From positions 31,310,001-31,374,000 of the forward strand of contig OX597832.1 in the NCBI GenBank assembly GCA_951406725.2: a stretch of DNA of 64,000 bases, written 5' to 3'. Origin of the DNA: Octopus vulgaris. Lineage: Eukaryota. Both the position numbers and the translations under genes were made by a program. Below are positions 14,602 to 25,800 of the stretch, in pieces; position 1 is the first letter of the stretch, and the number at the start of each line of letters is the position of its first letter. The notes beneath the pieces are model-generated. The model was not told where the DNA came from, searched no databases, and was given only the letters and a program-made list of their open reading frames with translations.

Positions 14602-15442
14602 CCTTCTGTTTCTCAAATTTGTTTTGGTCAAAATAACGGCATAGGTTGAGAGAGTCTAAAACCTAAGAACAAGGAAATTCTACAATATAAAAGGGGCAAA
14701 TTCCCGATCGCCTAGTTTCAGTGCACGCTGATCGAACTGTAAACTCTACAAACTTATAAATATATATAAAAAAAAAAAGCTAGAGAATATTTAACTTCAA
14801 GGGTCGATCGATTAGAGACCCCATTCCTTAAACTATCGATCTATATATTTATCAACAATCCTCGGAGAAAAACTGCCTAAGTGTAAGATCGAACTCGGAA
14901 CCATGCAGTAGGAAAGTAAACCTAGCTGTTCCGCCCGTTCCCCACCTAGGCCACTGAAAATGTTGGGTCGTCATACTTCAAAATATGTTACGATCCCTTT
15001 TGTTCCGAGGTCGAAACCGGGCAAAGGGTGTTATCAGATAACTAAGGGACCGACACAAAAGCAAAGTTCTTAATGGAAGTATTTCAGCCGATCACTGGGC
15101 AATGCGAGAACATACACATTGGGAGGGGGAAAAAACCCCCAGAAAAGCCCAGCGGAGATTCTCACAATGAGGAGGACAGAGATATTCTTCACTTAATGAA
15201 CTACAATTTAAAAACGAAATCCATTCGTCAATGTGACTTCAGAGAAAAGAATATGGCAGTTGCGAGTGAGGAGGGGAAGAAGGAGAGAGACAAGTTGGCG
15301 GGATTTTACTGTTGTAGAGGTCACCACCACCGACAGCACCACACGTAGATGGCGGTGGACGATAAATCACGGGGGAGGTAGCAGTTGTAGTAGTAGTAGT
15401 GGTGATGGCCTTGCAGGTGACTTTAACCTAACTTTGCCTTAC

Positions 15443-15680
15443 TTCCTTTTAGTTCAAACATCGACCCGAGTAGACAATGAACACGGCCGTCGCCGCCGCC
15501 ACCACCACCGCTGGACCCACAAAGGAAGAGGGACGACAAACAGTGGCGAACCCACGCACACACCATTAGGGACAAAGAGACTAGAAAGCTAAGCCTAAGC
15601 CAAGAGACAGCAACCCTCTCCCCCACCGCTCTCTCCTACTACAGTACATTTTCACTGCTACGCTCCTCACACTACCCCCC
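15443..15680 (-). other. Candidate first exon (GC/CpG-rich, probably 5'UTR) of a minus-strand gene
   Basis: Ends at donor GAA|GTAAGG (exon end 15443). Contains a GGT/GGC-rich CpG-dense tract, and CCAAT/E2F-like motifs lie just upstream. The 5' boundary is approximate. Confidence 0.5.
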
Positions 15681-15739
15681 TATCTCTATCTCTCTCTCTC
15701 TCTGCCCAGATTTATATCTCTTTGTTAAATATCCGACTT

Positions 15740-15763
15740 GATTGGCGCAATTCTGGCGAAAAA
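15740..15763. promoter_or_regulatory. Overlapping CCAAT box and two E2F-like sites
   Basis: GATTGGCGCAATTCTGGCGAAAAA contains GATTGG (inverse CCAATC), TTGGCGC and TGGCGAAAAA (reverse complement TTTTTCGCCA). Confidence 0.45.
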
Positions 15764-16816
15764 CTATTTCACACAACGAACACGTGTGCGCGTGCGTGCA
15801 CGCACTCACACTGAAATATACATGGATATATCTATATATACATATATATATATAAGGCTATCATATATATATCAGTCAATGAAAAAAAAACATCACATGG
15901 ATGATTGAGTGAAAATTGAAGACGCATAGGGCCATGTGATTAACAGAAAACGTGGACATGTACACACACATATATATATATATTATATACATACACACGC
16001 ATTAAGTAAATTAATAAATAGGGTGAAAACATTACCGAAAATTCATTGAATCTGAATTTAAAGCCAAATGTCTCACACAGACAGCGAAACCGTATCGCAA
16101 TGGCTCAGATCTCTTTGTTTCGGAACAAAGACATTTTCATACGACGAGGCTTCATCGCGGGCGATGTGCGCGCGTGTATAATATATAGATATATATATAC
16201 ATACATACACACACACACATGCTTTATCAAAATAGAACGTACCCTTAGGTAAAAACGAAAAGAAATAAATTTAAAAAGCCAGTGAGTAATGCTATAGGAC
16301 AGGGTTAACAAGCCAGGAACTGTTTATCTCCATAAATATATATTATCACACATGTTAATTATATATAAGAAAGTATGTCGTGTTAAATCGACAGAGAAGT
16401 CCTTTCACATTAATTTAAAAGCCAGCAGTGTGTGTCTGTCAAAGATATAGAAAGCCATTTGTTTCATTTCTGAAAAAGAAAAAAAAAAAGTCCACTACCA
16501 TCGCCGCCGCCACATGTCCTTCCTGCACTCTCCTCTTTCCCTTCCTCTCTAGACAGACAAGGAGGGACCATAGCAACACTAGGTCAAGCAATGCTTCACA
16601 CACATTCTATGGAACAACTCGCCCGCCCTCCTTTTTCAAAGACGGCGGCACACATTTTCTTGACAACTGAAAAATCCAGGAATACTTTTCGTGTGGCCGT
16701 ACCATTGCTTCTTCACAATAGCCATTTCATGTTGGCAAATATGTACCTATACACACACTCAAATGAATGTATAGGATGAACACGGTAGATTTCTTTTTAT
16801 ACACACATAAATAATA

Positions 16817-17100
16817 CAGGTAGTCCTCGGGTTACGGACAGGCCTCTATTAAAGAATGACATTAAAAATTCAACTCACAGCAGTAGTTCGTAACGAAGCG
16901 GAAGGCGTTGCGACACAACGAAAAGCTGTGCGTACAAATATATATATATACACAATTATAAACACTACATAGAATAAAACTGAAGTCTATATACATACAC
17001 ACACAATGCCGTAAGACAAACCACTTCGTAAAGTGATGCGAGATACGAACAGAACGTGTAACTGCTTCGTATAACAAATTCGTAACTCAGAGACTGGCTG
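16817..17100. mobile_element. Tigger/pogo-type MITE
   Basis: TA|CAGGTAGTCCTCGGGTTACG ... CGTAACTCAGAGACTGGCTG|TA: imperfect TIRs with a TA target-site duplication. Confidence 0.8.
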
Positions 17101-17669
17101 TATGTATAAACACATTTGTCGAATAATCTGCACACACACAACAGAACTAGAGAGCTTTTACATGGTCGCTTGAAGAGCTAGAAATAGTAGCTATGCTACC
17201 TCTAAACTACAACCTACTGTATGGGATGGTCAGAATTGACTCACAGGCCTGCTGGATCGGGTAGCATCGGGTTACACAACACCCACCCCACCATCTTCAA
17301 TACACGACTATCAATACAGTCCACACACAAACACAAAGAACTTCCCATATAGTGAAAGAGAGAGAGAGACAAAAACTGGCTGTCTATCTCGAGTAATTTT
17401 AGAATTTCAGAGAGGAGAAGGCAGCACCATATTTAAAATATTTAGATATCAACCTCAGATAAAGAGAGAGAGAGACAAGTGGAAGTTAAATCCAGTTCCA
17501 GTGTTTGGTAGAATAGAGTCTTTGTCTCTAATCTACACACTCAAAATTGTTTCCAGTTTTGATATCAGGGAGAAAATCTTTTTAGTTTAAAGACCTGCCT
17601 TAAAAATATACCACACCAAGCCGCTAACTGCACAATCACCAATGTGTGTGTACCTATAATTGATATACA

Positions 17670-17703
<34 letters not shown>

Positions 17704-17940
17704 CACACACACACACATGCGTAAAACATCTGAATGTGTGGGTGTGAAAGCAACTAACTGCTCTACTCTGGATTGTGGGTGTGAAGCAGTTCATATCATA
17801 CACATGCATTATCTATACATTCATATACACGCTTAGCTATACACACACACACACACAACAGCAGCAGTTCAATATAATACATAAGGTTTAAAGAGACATT
17901 GTCACCACAGCCAAGAAATATGCAAGCTTCCCTTGCGTGC

Positions 17941-17981
<41 letters not shown>

Positions 17982-19281
17982 CACGCAGATACAAAAATTT
18001 TTTAAAGCAGTTCCGATATCTGAAAGTAGTCATGATACTCCAGACATCAAAATACACACACACAGTAAGTTTATCATATATGGGTGCATTAAAAGAGATT
18101 TCTTACAATATAATTTATACACTCTCCATCCAAAAGCCTTTACACACACACGCGCGTAATATGCGTGTGTGTGCTTGCTATGTCGTTTCTCTCTCCACTG
18201 AAACATGCCAGCCAAAAGCAAACTTTATACAGAAACAGTCTCACCATTTATTAACAGGAACACCAAGAAGAGATCGTCTACCAGAACCACAAAAGAGGGG
18301 AGAGGGAGAGACTAAACCAGACCCTGCCCTCTACCGCAGTTCAGGGGTTCGATCCTATCGCTACCTTCAAGACAGAGACATGCCACGAGCACCACATGGT
18401 ACAGACAACAAAGAGGTCCTAAAAGAAATAAAGGCTCAATCTCCCTCTGACAATCATCCCAGCAAGCTAACAACGGCGGAACGGTCATATTTGGAATGTC
18501 GTATCCACTGGCCTGCATCTGTTAGCGTTGACTGGGTCCGATCAAACCGAAGATTGGACATATTATACACACGCGTACATCGAACCACAGGGGTAACTCT
18601 GCGCACCAATGCATGTGTGTGAGTTTAATACATACAGCCAGACTAAGCAGTGTGGTGAGTGAGGACCCATTAAACATGCTTTAGTGAAAATAAAGGGGGC
18701 CAGAAAACTGAAGAAAGGGGTTCAAAACATTTGGCCAGAATGGTCATGCAAGTTCCAGCCACAAGACATTGTGCAGTGTATGTGTATGTATGTATGTAAA
18801 TGTGCATGACAGCTTTGTTGCAGACATCAAGCAGTTTTTAGGTTCTACACCAACGTACACTGTGTGTGTGTGTGTGTGTAATGACAGTAGTCTATTTCAA
18901 ACACACACACACACACACACTAGATTAGTAACTAATAACCATGTGTGTGAGTGAGTGTATATGTGTACTGCACAAATGGATGTGCTTTAAAGAGTTGTCA
19001 AGAGTCGTTGCTGTGATTAATAGAGAAAAGAACGCCGCTGTGTTATTACATTAGCTTTTTTTTATACACATCAAACCGACCAACACTATATACACTCACT
19101 CACACACATATACACATTACAAACACACCACACACACACACACACAGAGGAAGCGTTTACATTATAAACCCCCCCACACACAAAGTAATACAACTTTATG
19201 GACGAGTTCTACACACAATCAGTTCAGCCAGCGCCCAGCTAAAGCCAGACAATATACACTCACTAAATAGTATATACTCAC

Positions 19282-19535
19282 TCAGTTTCCATGAACATGA
19301 CTTGCGTTATTATTTAGGTTTCTTCTGCAGGTTGTGGGTTCGAACCCAGGATAGAGATCGATGTTGTATTTTAAAGACCGGGGCGATGAGAACTTTAAAA
19401 TCACCAATCGACAAACGTGCATCGATCTAATCGATACACCTCGAATAATTTTTCCCTCGCCCTTCTCAACGTTAATGGCTTTCAACCAATGTTAAAATAA
19501 AAAACAAAAAACCCATCATATCCGCCATTTGTCTG
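19282..19535 (-). other. Candidate alternative first exon, possibly encoding MFMET(D/E), phase-2 donor
   Basis: Donor TGA|GTGAGT at 19282; ATGs at 19298 and 19292; a YY1-like CAAATGGCGG at about 19522-19531, TATATAA at about 19557-19563 and five ATCGAT (DRE-core-like) hexamers between 19357 and 19620. Confidence 0.45.
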
Positions 19536-20411
19536 GAGGTCAACAAGGATACCAGTTATATACTGTGGTCCGTCTAATCGATTAATGACACTCTTCCCCC
19601 TTTCTAGATCGTTATCGATCACATCCAATCACGTCAAGTTGACTTCTAACATATACGCCGGACCAAGACATATGGAGAGGAAGGAGAAAAAAAAAGAAAA
19701 AGGCCACAGAAGGTGCCCCCCCCCCTTCATTACTAATAAACAAATACGAACCAACAGAAAGAGAGAAAAGCCACGATGTGGTCACTGCAACCCGCTAGAA
19801 ATAGCAGGCAAATCCAACCCAAACTATGTAGAGACTAAAAACAGAGACACAAAGGCGGGATGGTCATGGCAGGATTGTTTCTGACCACAGATCTTGTTCA
19901 AAGAAAGAGAGAGGGCAACGGGGAAGAAGGAGCGAAGAGCAGACAAAGGAAAAGTGACTAATCTACGAACACCAAGTGCTTACTAATACAGATTATATAT
20001 ATATATATGTATATATATATACATATATATATATATATGTATATATCTGTATCTGTGTGTGTGTATAAAACATACACACACTGAATACCAAAGCCATGTG
20101 CCCGTGTTTCACACATATACATACATATATAAAATCCAACTAACCTCTTAATCTGTATAAACACTATCGCGCGAATAAGACGATTTCTGAATGCGTAGAG
20201 CAGAATACAAGCGTGTATAAAACACACACACACATATATGTATATATATGAACTTTAGCACTGCGAACGCTTCCTTGTATCACCAAGCCCGCTGCGCGCG
20301 TGTATAACACAAGTCACCAATTCATGACTACTATGTGTGTGTATATACATGTCTGTATATCGAGGATAGTTAACACGCAAGCTCATTTATCAGCCAGAAC
20401 GTCTATCATAT

Positions 20412-20448
<37 letters not shown>

Positions 20449-21940
20449 TATATACACACAAACACATCAGTTTAAACAAAGACTATAGATATATATGATA
20501 TTTAATTACACTATGCATCATAGACGCATGTTATATACATCCGCTTTCTCCATCTACCATGTGGTTTATAAAAGAACAAATATGCCAAGATTTCAGATGG
20601 GAAGGCCATTTAAAACTCTCAAGCTATATATAAATATATACATACAAACACACACACACAGGGTGGTGTATAAAAATCACACGAATAGATATATTACTTT
20701 CAAAAAGAAGAAATACAAGTTATACACACAGGTAAAATCTGAAAAAAAACCACGTATAGGGAGGAGGATACTATATATAACCTTATATACACACTAGCTG
20801 TGTGTAAAATTACATATGCATAAGTTACACGTGTGTGTTTGTCTATATATATATACACATATCTAGGATAAGTTACAAACACTACTTCCTACACGTGTGT
20901 ATGTATGTATATATATATATACACACACAAAGATATGGGCGTGAAGTTTTAGTCACATATATCTCATGTCTAAAGAATATACACGTATATTCTTAAACAC
21001 ATGTATCATATCAACTATAAGGATATATATATATACAAGAATCAAACATACATAGTTATATAGACAAGCTATACACACGTGTGTATATATATACACACAC
21101 ACACACACAGAGCTAATGACATTGTTACAAAGTAATATGACCAGTGATCTTTTAACAAATTTATAGATTTTTTCTGAATGGCCAATAATTCCCTCTTGTA
21201 GAAATCATTATATACATATAATTACACACTACATGTACTCGTGTCCACACATCATGTATGTATACATATATATATCCGCACACATGGATATTACAGACAT
21301 ATATAAGTTTATATATAAACAAACAGTTGTAAATGCACACATACATATTCATATAGCTGTGGACACAATTACGTAAGTTTATACATGTGTATATATATAT
21401 GTATGTATAGTTGTGTGAGTATATATATATATATATATATGTAGTTGTATGTGTATGTATAGTTGTATGTGTGTATATATATATATATATGTAGTTGTAT
21501 GTGTATATATATATATCTAGTTGTATGTATATATATGTATAGTTGTGTGTATATATATGTAGTTGCATACATACACACTGAACTCGTGTAGAATTATATA
21601 TATATACGCTTACATTGCATTTATAAAAGTGTATATATATATATATATATGTATACACACATAGACACCATTGTGTACTTGTATCCTATGTGTATACATG
21701 ATAAATAACAGAAACACACACATATATATATACACATATATAGACACACACATGTATGTATGTATCCCCCCCCCCCCGTTGTGCTGTTTCATTAGTTTTT
21801 CGGTGGAGATTTGTAAAGGAAGTTGTGTTGTTTCAAAGGAGATGGAATAAAATAATGGAAACATGTCATTTTGGGGGGAAGAAATCACAGATGGGGCAGC
21901 GAGGAGGATGAAGGTGTGTTCATTGTGTGTCTTTACTCAC

Positions 21941-21948
21941 CCGTTCAT
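21941..21948 (-). CDS. Putative 8-nt initial coding segment (M-N-G...) of an unidentified gene; the remaining exons were not found in the window
   Basis: The first ATG after the Inr has A at -3 and is followed 5 nt later by a GTGAGT donor. Confidence 0.45.
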
Positions 21949-22091
21949 TATTTTCAAAACACCACCGAGAAAAAAAGCGCGTCGAGTCCAAACGTCTCTC
22001 CAGAAAAACCACTTGCTTCAGTTGCAAATGGCGGTAAAAAAACCGTCTCCACGCGGGGTAGCCGCTCTGCGATACCCGGATGTGTGAAACT
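21941..22091 (-). other. Candidate first exon: Initiator, about 143-nt 5'UTR, then ATG AAC GG | intron
   Basis: Consensus Inr TCAGTT (22093-22088) after a pyrimidine tract, a CpG-rich leader with no upstream ATG, AAAATAATG context and a strong donor CGG|GTGAGT. Confidence 0.65.
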
Positions 22092-22191
22092 GAGGGGGGG
22101 AGGAGGAGGAATTTGCAGACAGTGCGAGGAAGGGAGGGAGCGAGCGAGCGAGAGAGTGAGTGAGTGAGAGGGGGAGGAAGAAAAGGTGGAG

Positions 22192-22582
22192 TGCTGGGAG
22201 TAGCAGCAGCACTAACAACTGAGAGAGAGTGTAAGAGAAATGGTCGGAGTGGGAGTAGTAGTAGTATGTGCCGAGAGGGTGAGAGAGAGAGAGCGAATGT
22301 AATACGAGAGAGTGTGCGTGATAAAGTGGAAATGTATATATACTGGAGACGGAGTAGGAGGGAGAGAGAGTTGGAGGAAGAGGTGAAGTGTTGGGAGTAG
22401 TAGCAGCAACTGAGAGAGAGTGTGTTGGAGAAGAGTGTAGAGAAACGGTTGGAGTAGGAGTAGTAGTACCGAGAGGGTGAGAGAAAGAGCGAATGTAATA
22501 TGAGAGAGTGTGCGTGATAAACAGAAAATATATATATTGCAGAGGGAGTAGGAGGGAGAGAGTCGGGGAAAGAGGTAAAGTA
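22192..22582. repeat. About 197-bp purine-rich tandem duplication (2 copies)
   Basis: CCGAGAGGGTGAGAGA..GAGCGAATGTAATA.GAGAGAGTGTGCGTGATAAA occurs at about 22271 and 22469. Confidence 0.85.
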
Positions 22583-24539
22583 ATAGTTTGAGTTGTAGTA
22601 GCAGTGAGAGGAAATATATAATATGAGAGAGAGTGGAACTAATATAATATGAGAGGGATAAAGAGAGTGAGTAGTGACAAAGTAATATGTGAGTGAGAGT
22701 AAAAGTAGGAGGTAGTTTAATGTCTAAGAGAGAATGAAGGTAGGAGTGTATAAATGAGTGAAGGATGAGGTGTTTATTAGAGTGGTAGGAGTAAAAAGAC
22801 AGAGTAAGAGATGAATAGAGAGTGAATTAGAAGGAAGAGGAATTATTCTCTGAGTGATAGACTAAAAAGAGAAGCGGAGTGAGAGCAGAAGGATGAGTAG
22901 AGAGAAAGAGAGAAGATTAAAAAATTAGAATATGGGGGGAAGGAAGAGGAAAGAACTGTAAAACAACATGAGGGGGGAAGGCAGAAAGATTAAAGAGAAA
23001 CGGTAGCGGGGATAGGTGTGTTAGTAAAGGGAGTGGAAGGCACAGTAAATAGAGAGAGGGGGAGTACGGACGAGGCAGAAAGTGCGAGGTAAATCGGCGG
23101 CGACGGCGGCGGAAAAGTACGAAAGTGTAAGATAAGAGAAGAGTTTTATAGCAAAAGATTAAGTAGAATATGGGGCTTTATATAAATATATATATATACC
23201 ACACATATATATATGCATGTATATAAAATTCCTTTTACAGACACTCACGGACTTGAACGAACAACTCCGAAGTGAATTTGATAATTTAATAAAAGGTAAA
23301 AAAAAAAAAGGAAGGGTGGGGGGTGCGATAAGAGGTGAATTACTCAAGAGAGTTGCAGAAATTTAAGAGTTGGGAGGGAGGGATGGGGGGGTTGAGAGAA
23401 TTTAAAAAAAAAGTTGCTTTCCTTTTACGGACACAGGCGGACTTGTACGAACATCCGCGTTATAAATTTTGATATCCAAATGAGAATAGGTGGATTTTTT
23501 TTTCACTGGGACTGGGATAATCTCTCTTTAATTTTGTTGAAAAAAAAAAAAAATTAAAAATTTTGCACACAATAGATAATCCTTTTGCAGTGAACTGTGG
23601 AAAGTTATCCTTTAATAGAAGAGAAAAAAAGTGCTAAAGCTGTGAGAGAAAGTTATTCCTCATAGAATATATCCAAAAGTCTTGCTGTTGATAAGTGTCT
23701 TAATTATTGATTGATATCGCAAGAAAACAGATGACAAAGTTGTGTAGTATTTATTACATTAATCCTTGGTTCCAGCCGTAATGGTAATATAAAACATACA
23801 CATAGATATGTGTAGTTTTTATCCGATGCAGGATATCAAACACAGATTATTTTTTTTAAGCACCCGGTCATAAAAATATAGATTAAAAAAAAAAGCAGTA
23901 TAAATCATTAAGTTCTACAAAATTTCACAACACATATCCCAAAGCAGTCGCCGACAAGCGGGTGGTTCTATATACGGCTGGATATCTCACTGGTAAAAAA
24001 AAGTAACGGTAGAGGCGATAGGATATCACATAGGAGCAAGTAGAGTTAAGTGATCTTCGCGTCGTATTTACTATTATTCCTTTGTTCCGACAGAGGTAAT
24101 GGTAATAATAATATTATTAATAACATGTAATTTTTTTTTAAATATCCGTTCCAGGACTCAAAGAAAATTTTCTTTTGTTAGCTAAAACTTTTCGTACAAA
24201 AAAAAACACGTTATTTCATCTTATATTTTTTTTGTCTTATCTTTTTCAAAAATATTTTGATAATTTTATACACTCTCTTCAGCTTATTTCCTACAATTGC
24301 AATCTTTTTAATTAATACTACGATATAATGAAATTAAAAAAAAAAAATTACAATTTTTTTTTTATATATTTTTAAAATGATGGCGGAAAAGTAATGCTTC
24401 CCCTCCTGATTATTAAGAAAAAAATGCAAAATATGTGTGTGTGTGTGTATAATTTTTTTTTCACTCTAAAATAACATTATTATTCTAACTGTAAAATATA
24501 ATAATATTAATTTTAACTTTTTTTGTTTTGAAGACAAAT

Positions 24540-24668
24540 GTTGTTACGGAGAAGGCCGGTCGTGTACGAAGCTAAGCTGATGCAGAACTGGCTTTTTACA
24601 TGAGAACTAGCGCTTGCTGGAAGTACCCGGATGAGGCGAACAACGAGCGAGTCGAGTGTTTGATATAG
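24540..24668 (+). promoter_or_regulatory. CpG-rich promoter-like patch or possible plus-strand first exon
   Basis: Dense CpGs; ETS-like TACCCGGATG at 24624-24633, identical to 22073-22082; possible donors AG|GTAGAG (24668) and GG|GTAAGG (about 24736). Confidence 0.35.
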
Positions 24669-25709
24669 GTAGAGGGAGGAAGGGGAGGGAGGAGAGAGAG
24701 TTAGTGGCAGTACGAGATTAAAGAGAGAGGAAGAGGGTAAGGTAAAACTGTAAGGGGAAAAGAGAGGAGGAAAGAATAACTAGAGGGGTTGTAGTGATAG
24801 TAGTTGAAAATAGGAGAAGTTACGATATAAACATAGAGAAAGAGAGAGTTGGAGGGAAAAAGCAGAGGGGAAGAAAGAGAAAGACAAGCAGAAGAATAAG
24901 AAGGGGAGTAGAAGAGGTGGGAGGAAGAAATGCAATAGCGAAACAGTATACAAATTCGTTGGACAATCTCTACTACGGATGCACAGAGGAATCAGAAATA
25001 TGTTTGACAGAGTGACTCTTTTTCTCTCTCTTCATTGATTTCCATTCCCACACCACATCTAAACTGTTTTGATATGCATTCATTTAAACCAACAACAACG
25101 ACGGGAGACACATTAAAAAATGCTCTGCAACACGCAAAGAACATATTTATACAGTTAATCTATCTATCTTCTCTCAATCTGTCTGTGTTCAGCCCTTTAT
25201 GGCTAATAAAGAAATCTATCTATCTAGAGGTCGACTTTGCCTTTCATCCTTTCGGGGTCGATAAATTAAGTACCAGTTACGCACTGGGGTCGATGTAATC
25301 GACTTAATCCGTTTGTCTGTCCTTAGCCCCTTGCGGGTAGTAAAGAAATATATCTATCTTCTATCTATCGCCAGGGGTTTCAGTTGCGCATACTGTAGGA
25401 CTCACGGGACCGTTGTTCCATGTGGTCCCGAAGTTTCCCTCTAACTAGGAATATCAGGGTCTCGTCCATTGTCTCATATTTCAAGATCCTCTGCCTGACA
25501 TCCTGTTGGTTGAAAGCCAGGAATCTGATCTGTTAGGTCCCGCTGATCCCTAAATCCACGCCCTGCTGCCGACCCTTCGATTTATCGTCGTTGGGGGTTT
25601 ACTCCTCTAACGGTTAAGGTTTTGTGTGTCTCCTATCCTTCGACCTGCCGGAAGATTTCTCTGCCTCCAGCATGGTCGGGTCGTCGGCGACTATACTGGC
25701 AAACCCATC

Positions 25710-25800
25710 TGTTTCTTTACTACCCACAAGGGGGTAAACAAGGACAGACAAACGGTTTAAGTCGATTACATCGACCCCAGTGCGTAACTGGTACTTAATT
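25710..25800 (-). mobile_element. 5'-truncated SINE family C copy with a 16-bp target-site duplication
   Basis: TACTGGCAAACCCATC at 25694-25709 and 25801-25816 flanks the insert. Confidence 0.9.

Noticed and set aside
17174-17187. AGAGCTAGAAATAG, matching part of the Cas9 sgRNA scaffold
   Set aside because: It is a short match inside a dispersed host repeat (similar GCTAGAAATAGC at about 19794). There is no repeat-spacer array or cas gene, so it is coincidental.
17933-18622. 229-aa ORF, the longest in the track
   Set aside because: It starts in TA repeats, has no recognisable domain or splice context, and lies antisense within the presumed intron.
19330-19352. tRNA T-arm/B-box-like GGGTTCGAACCC (also GGTTCGATCC at about 18346)
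   Set aside because: No acceptor stem, D arm or anticodon arm can be built.
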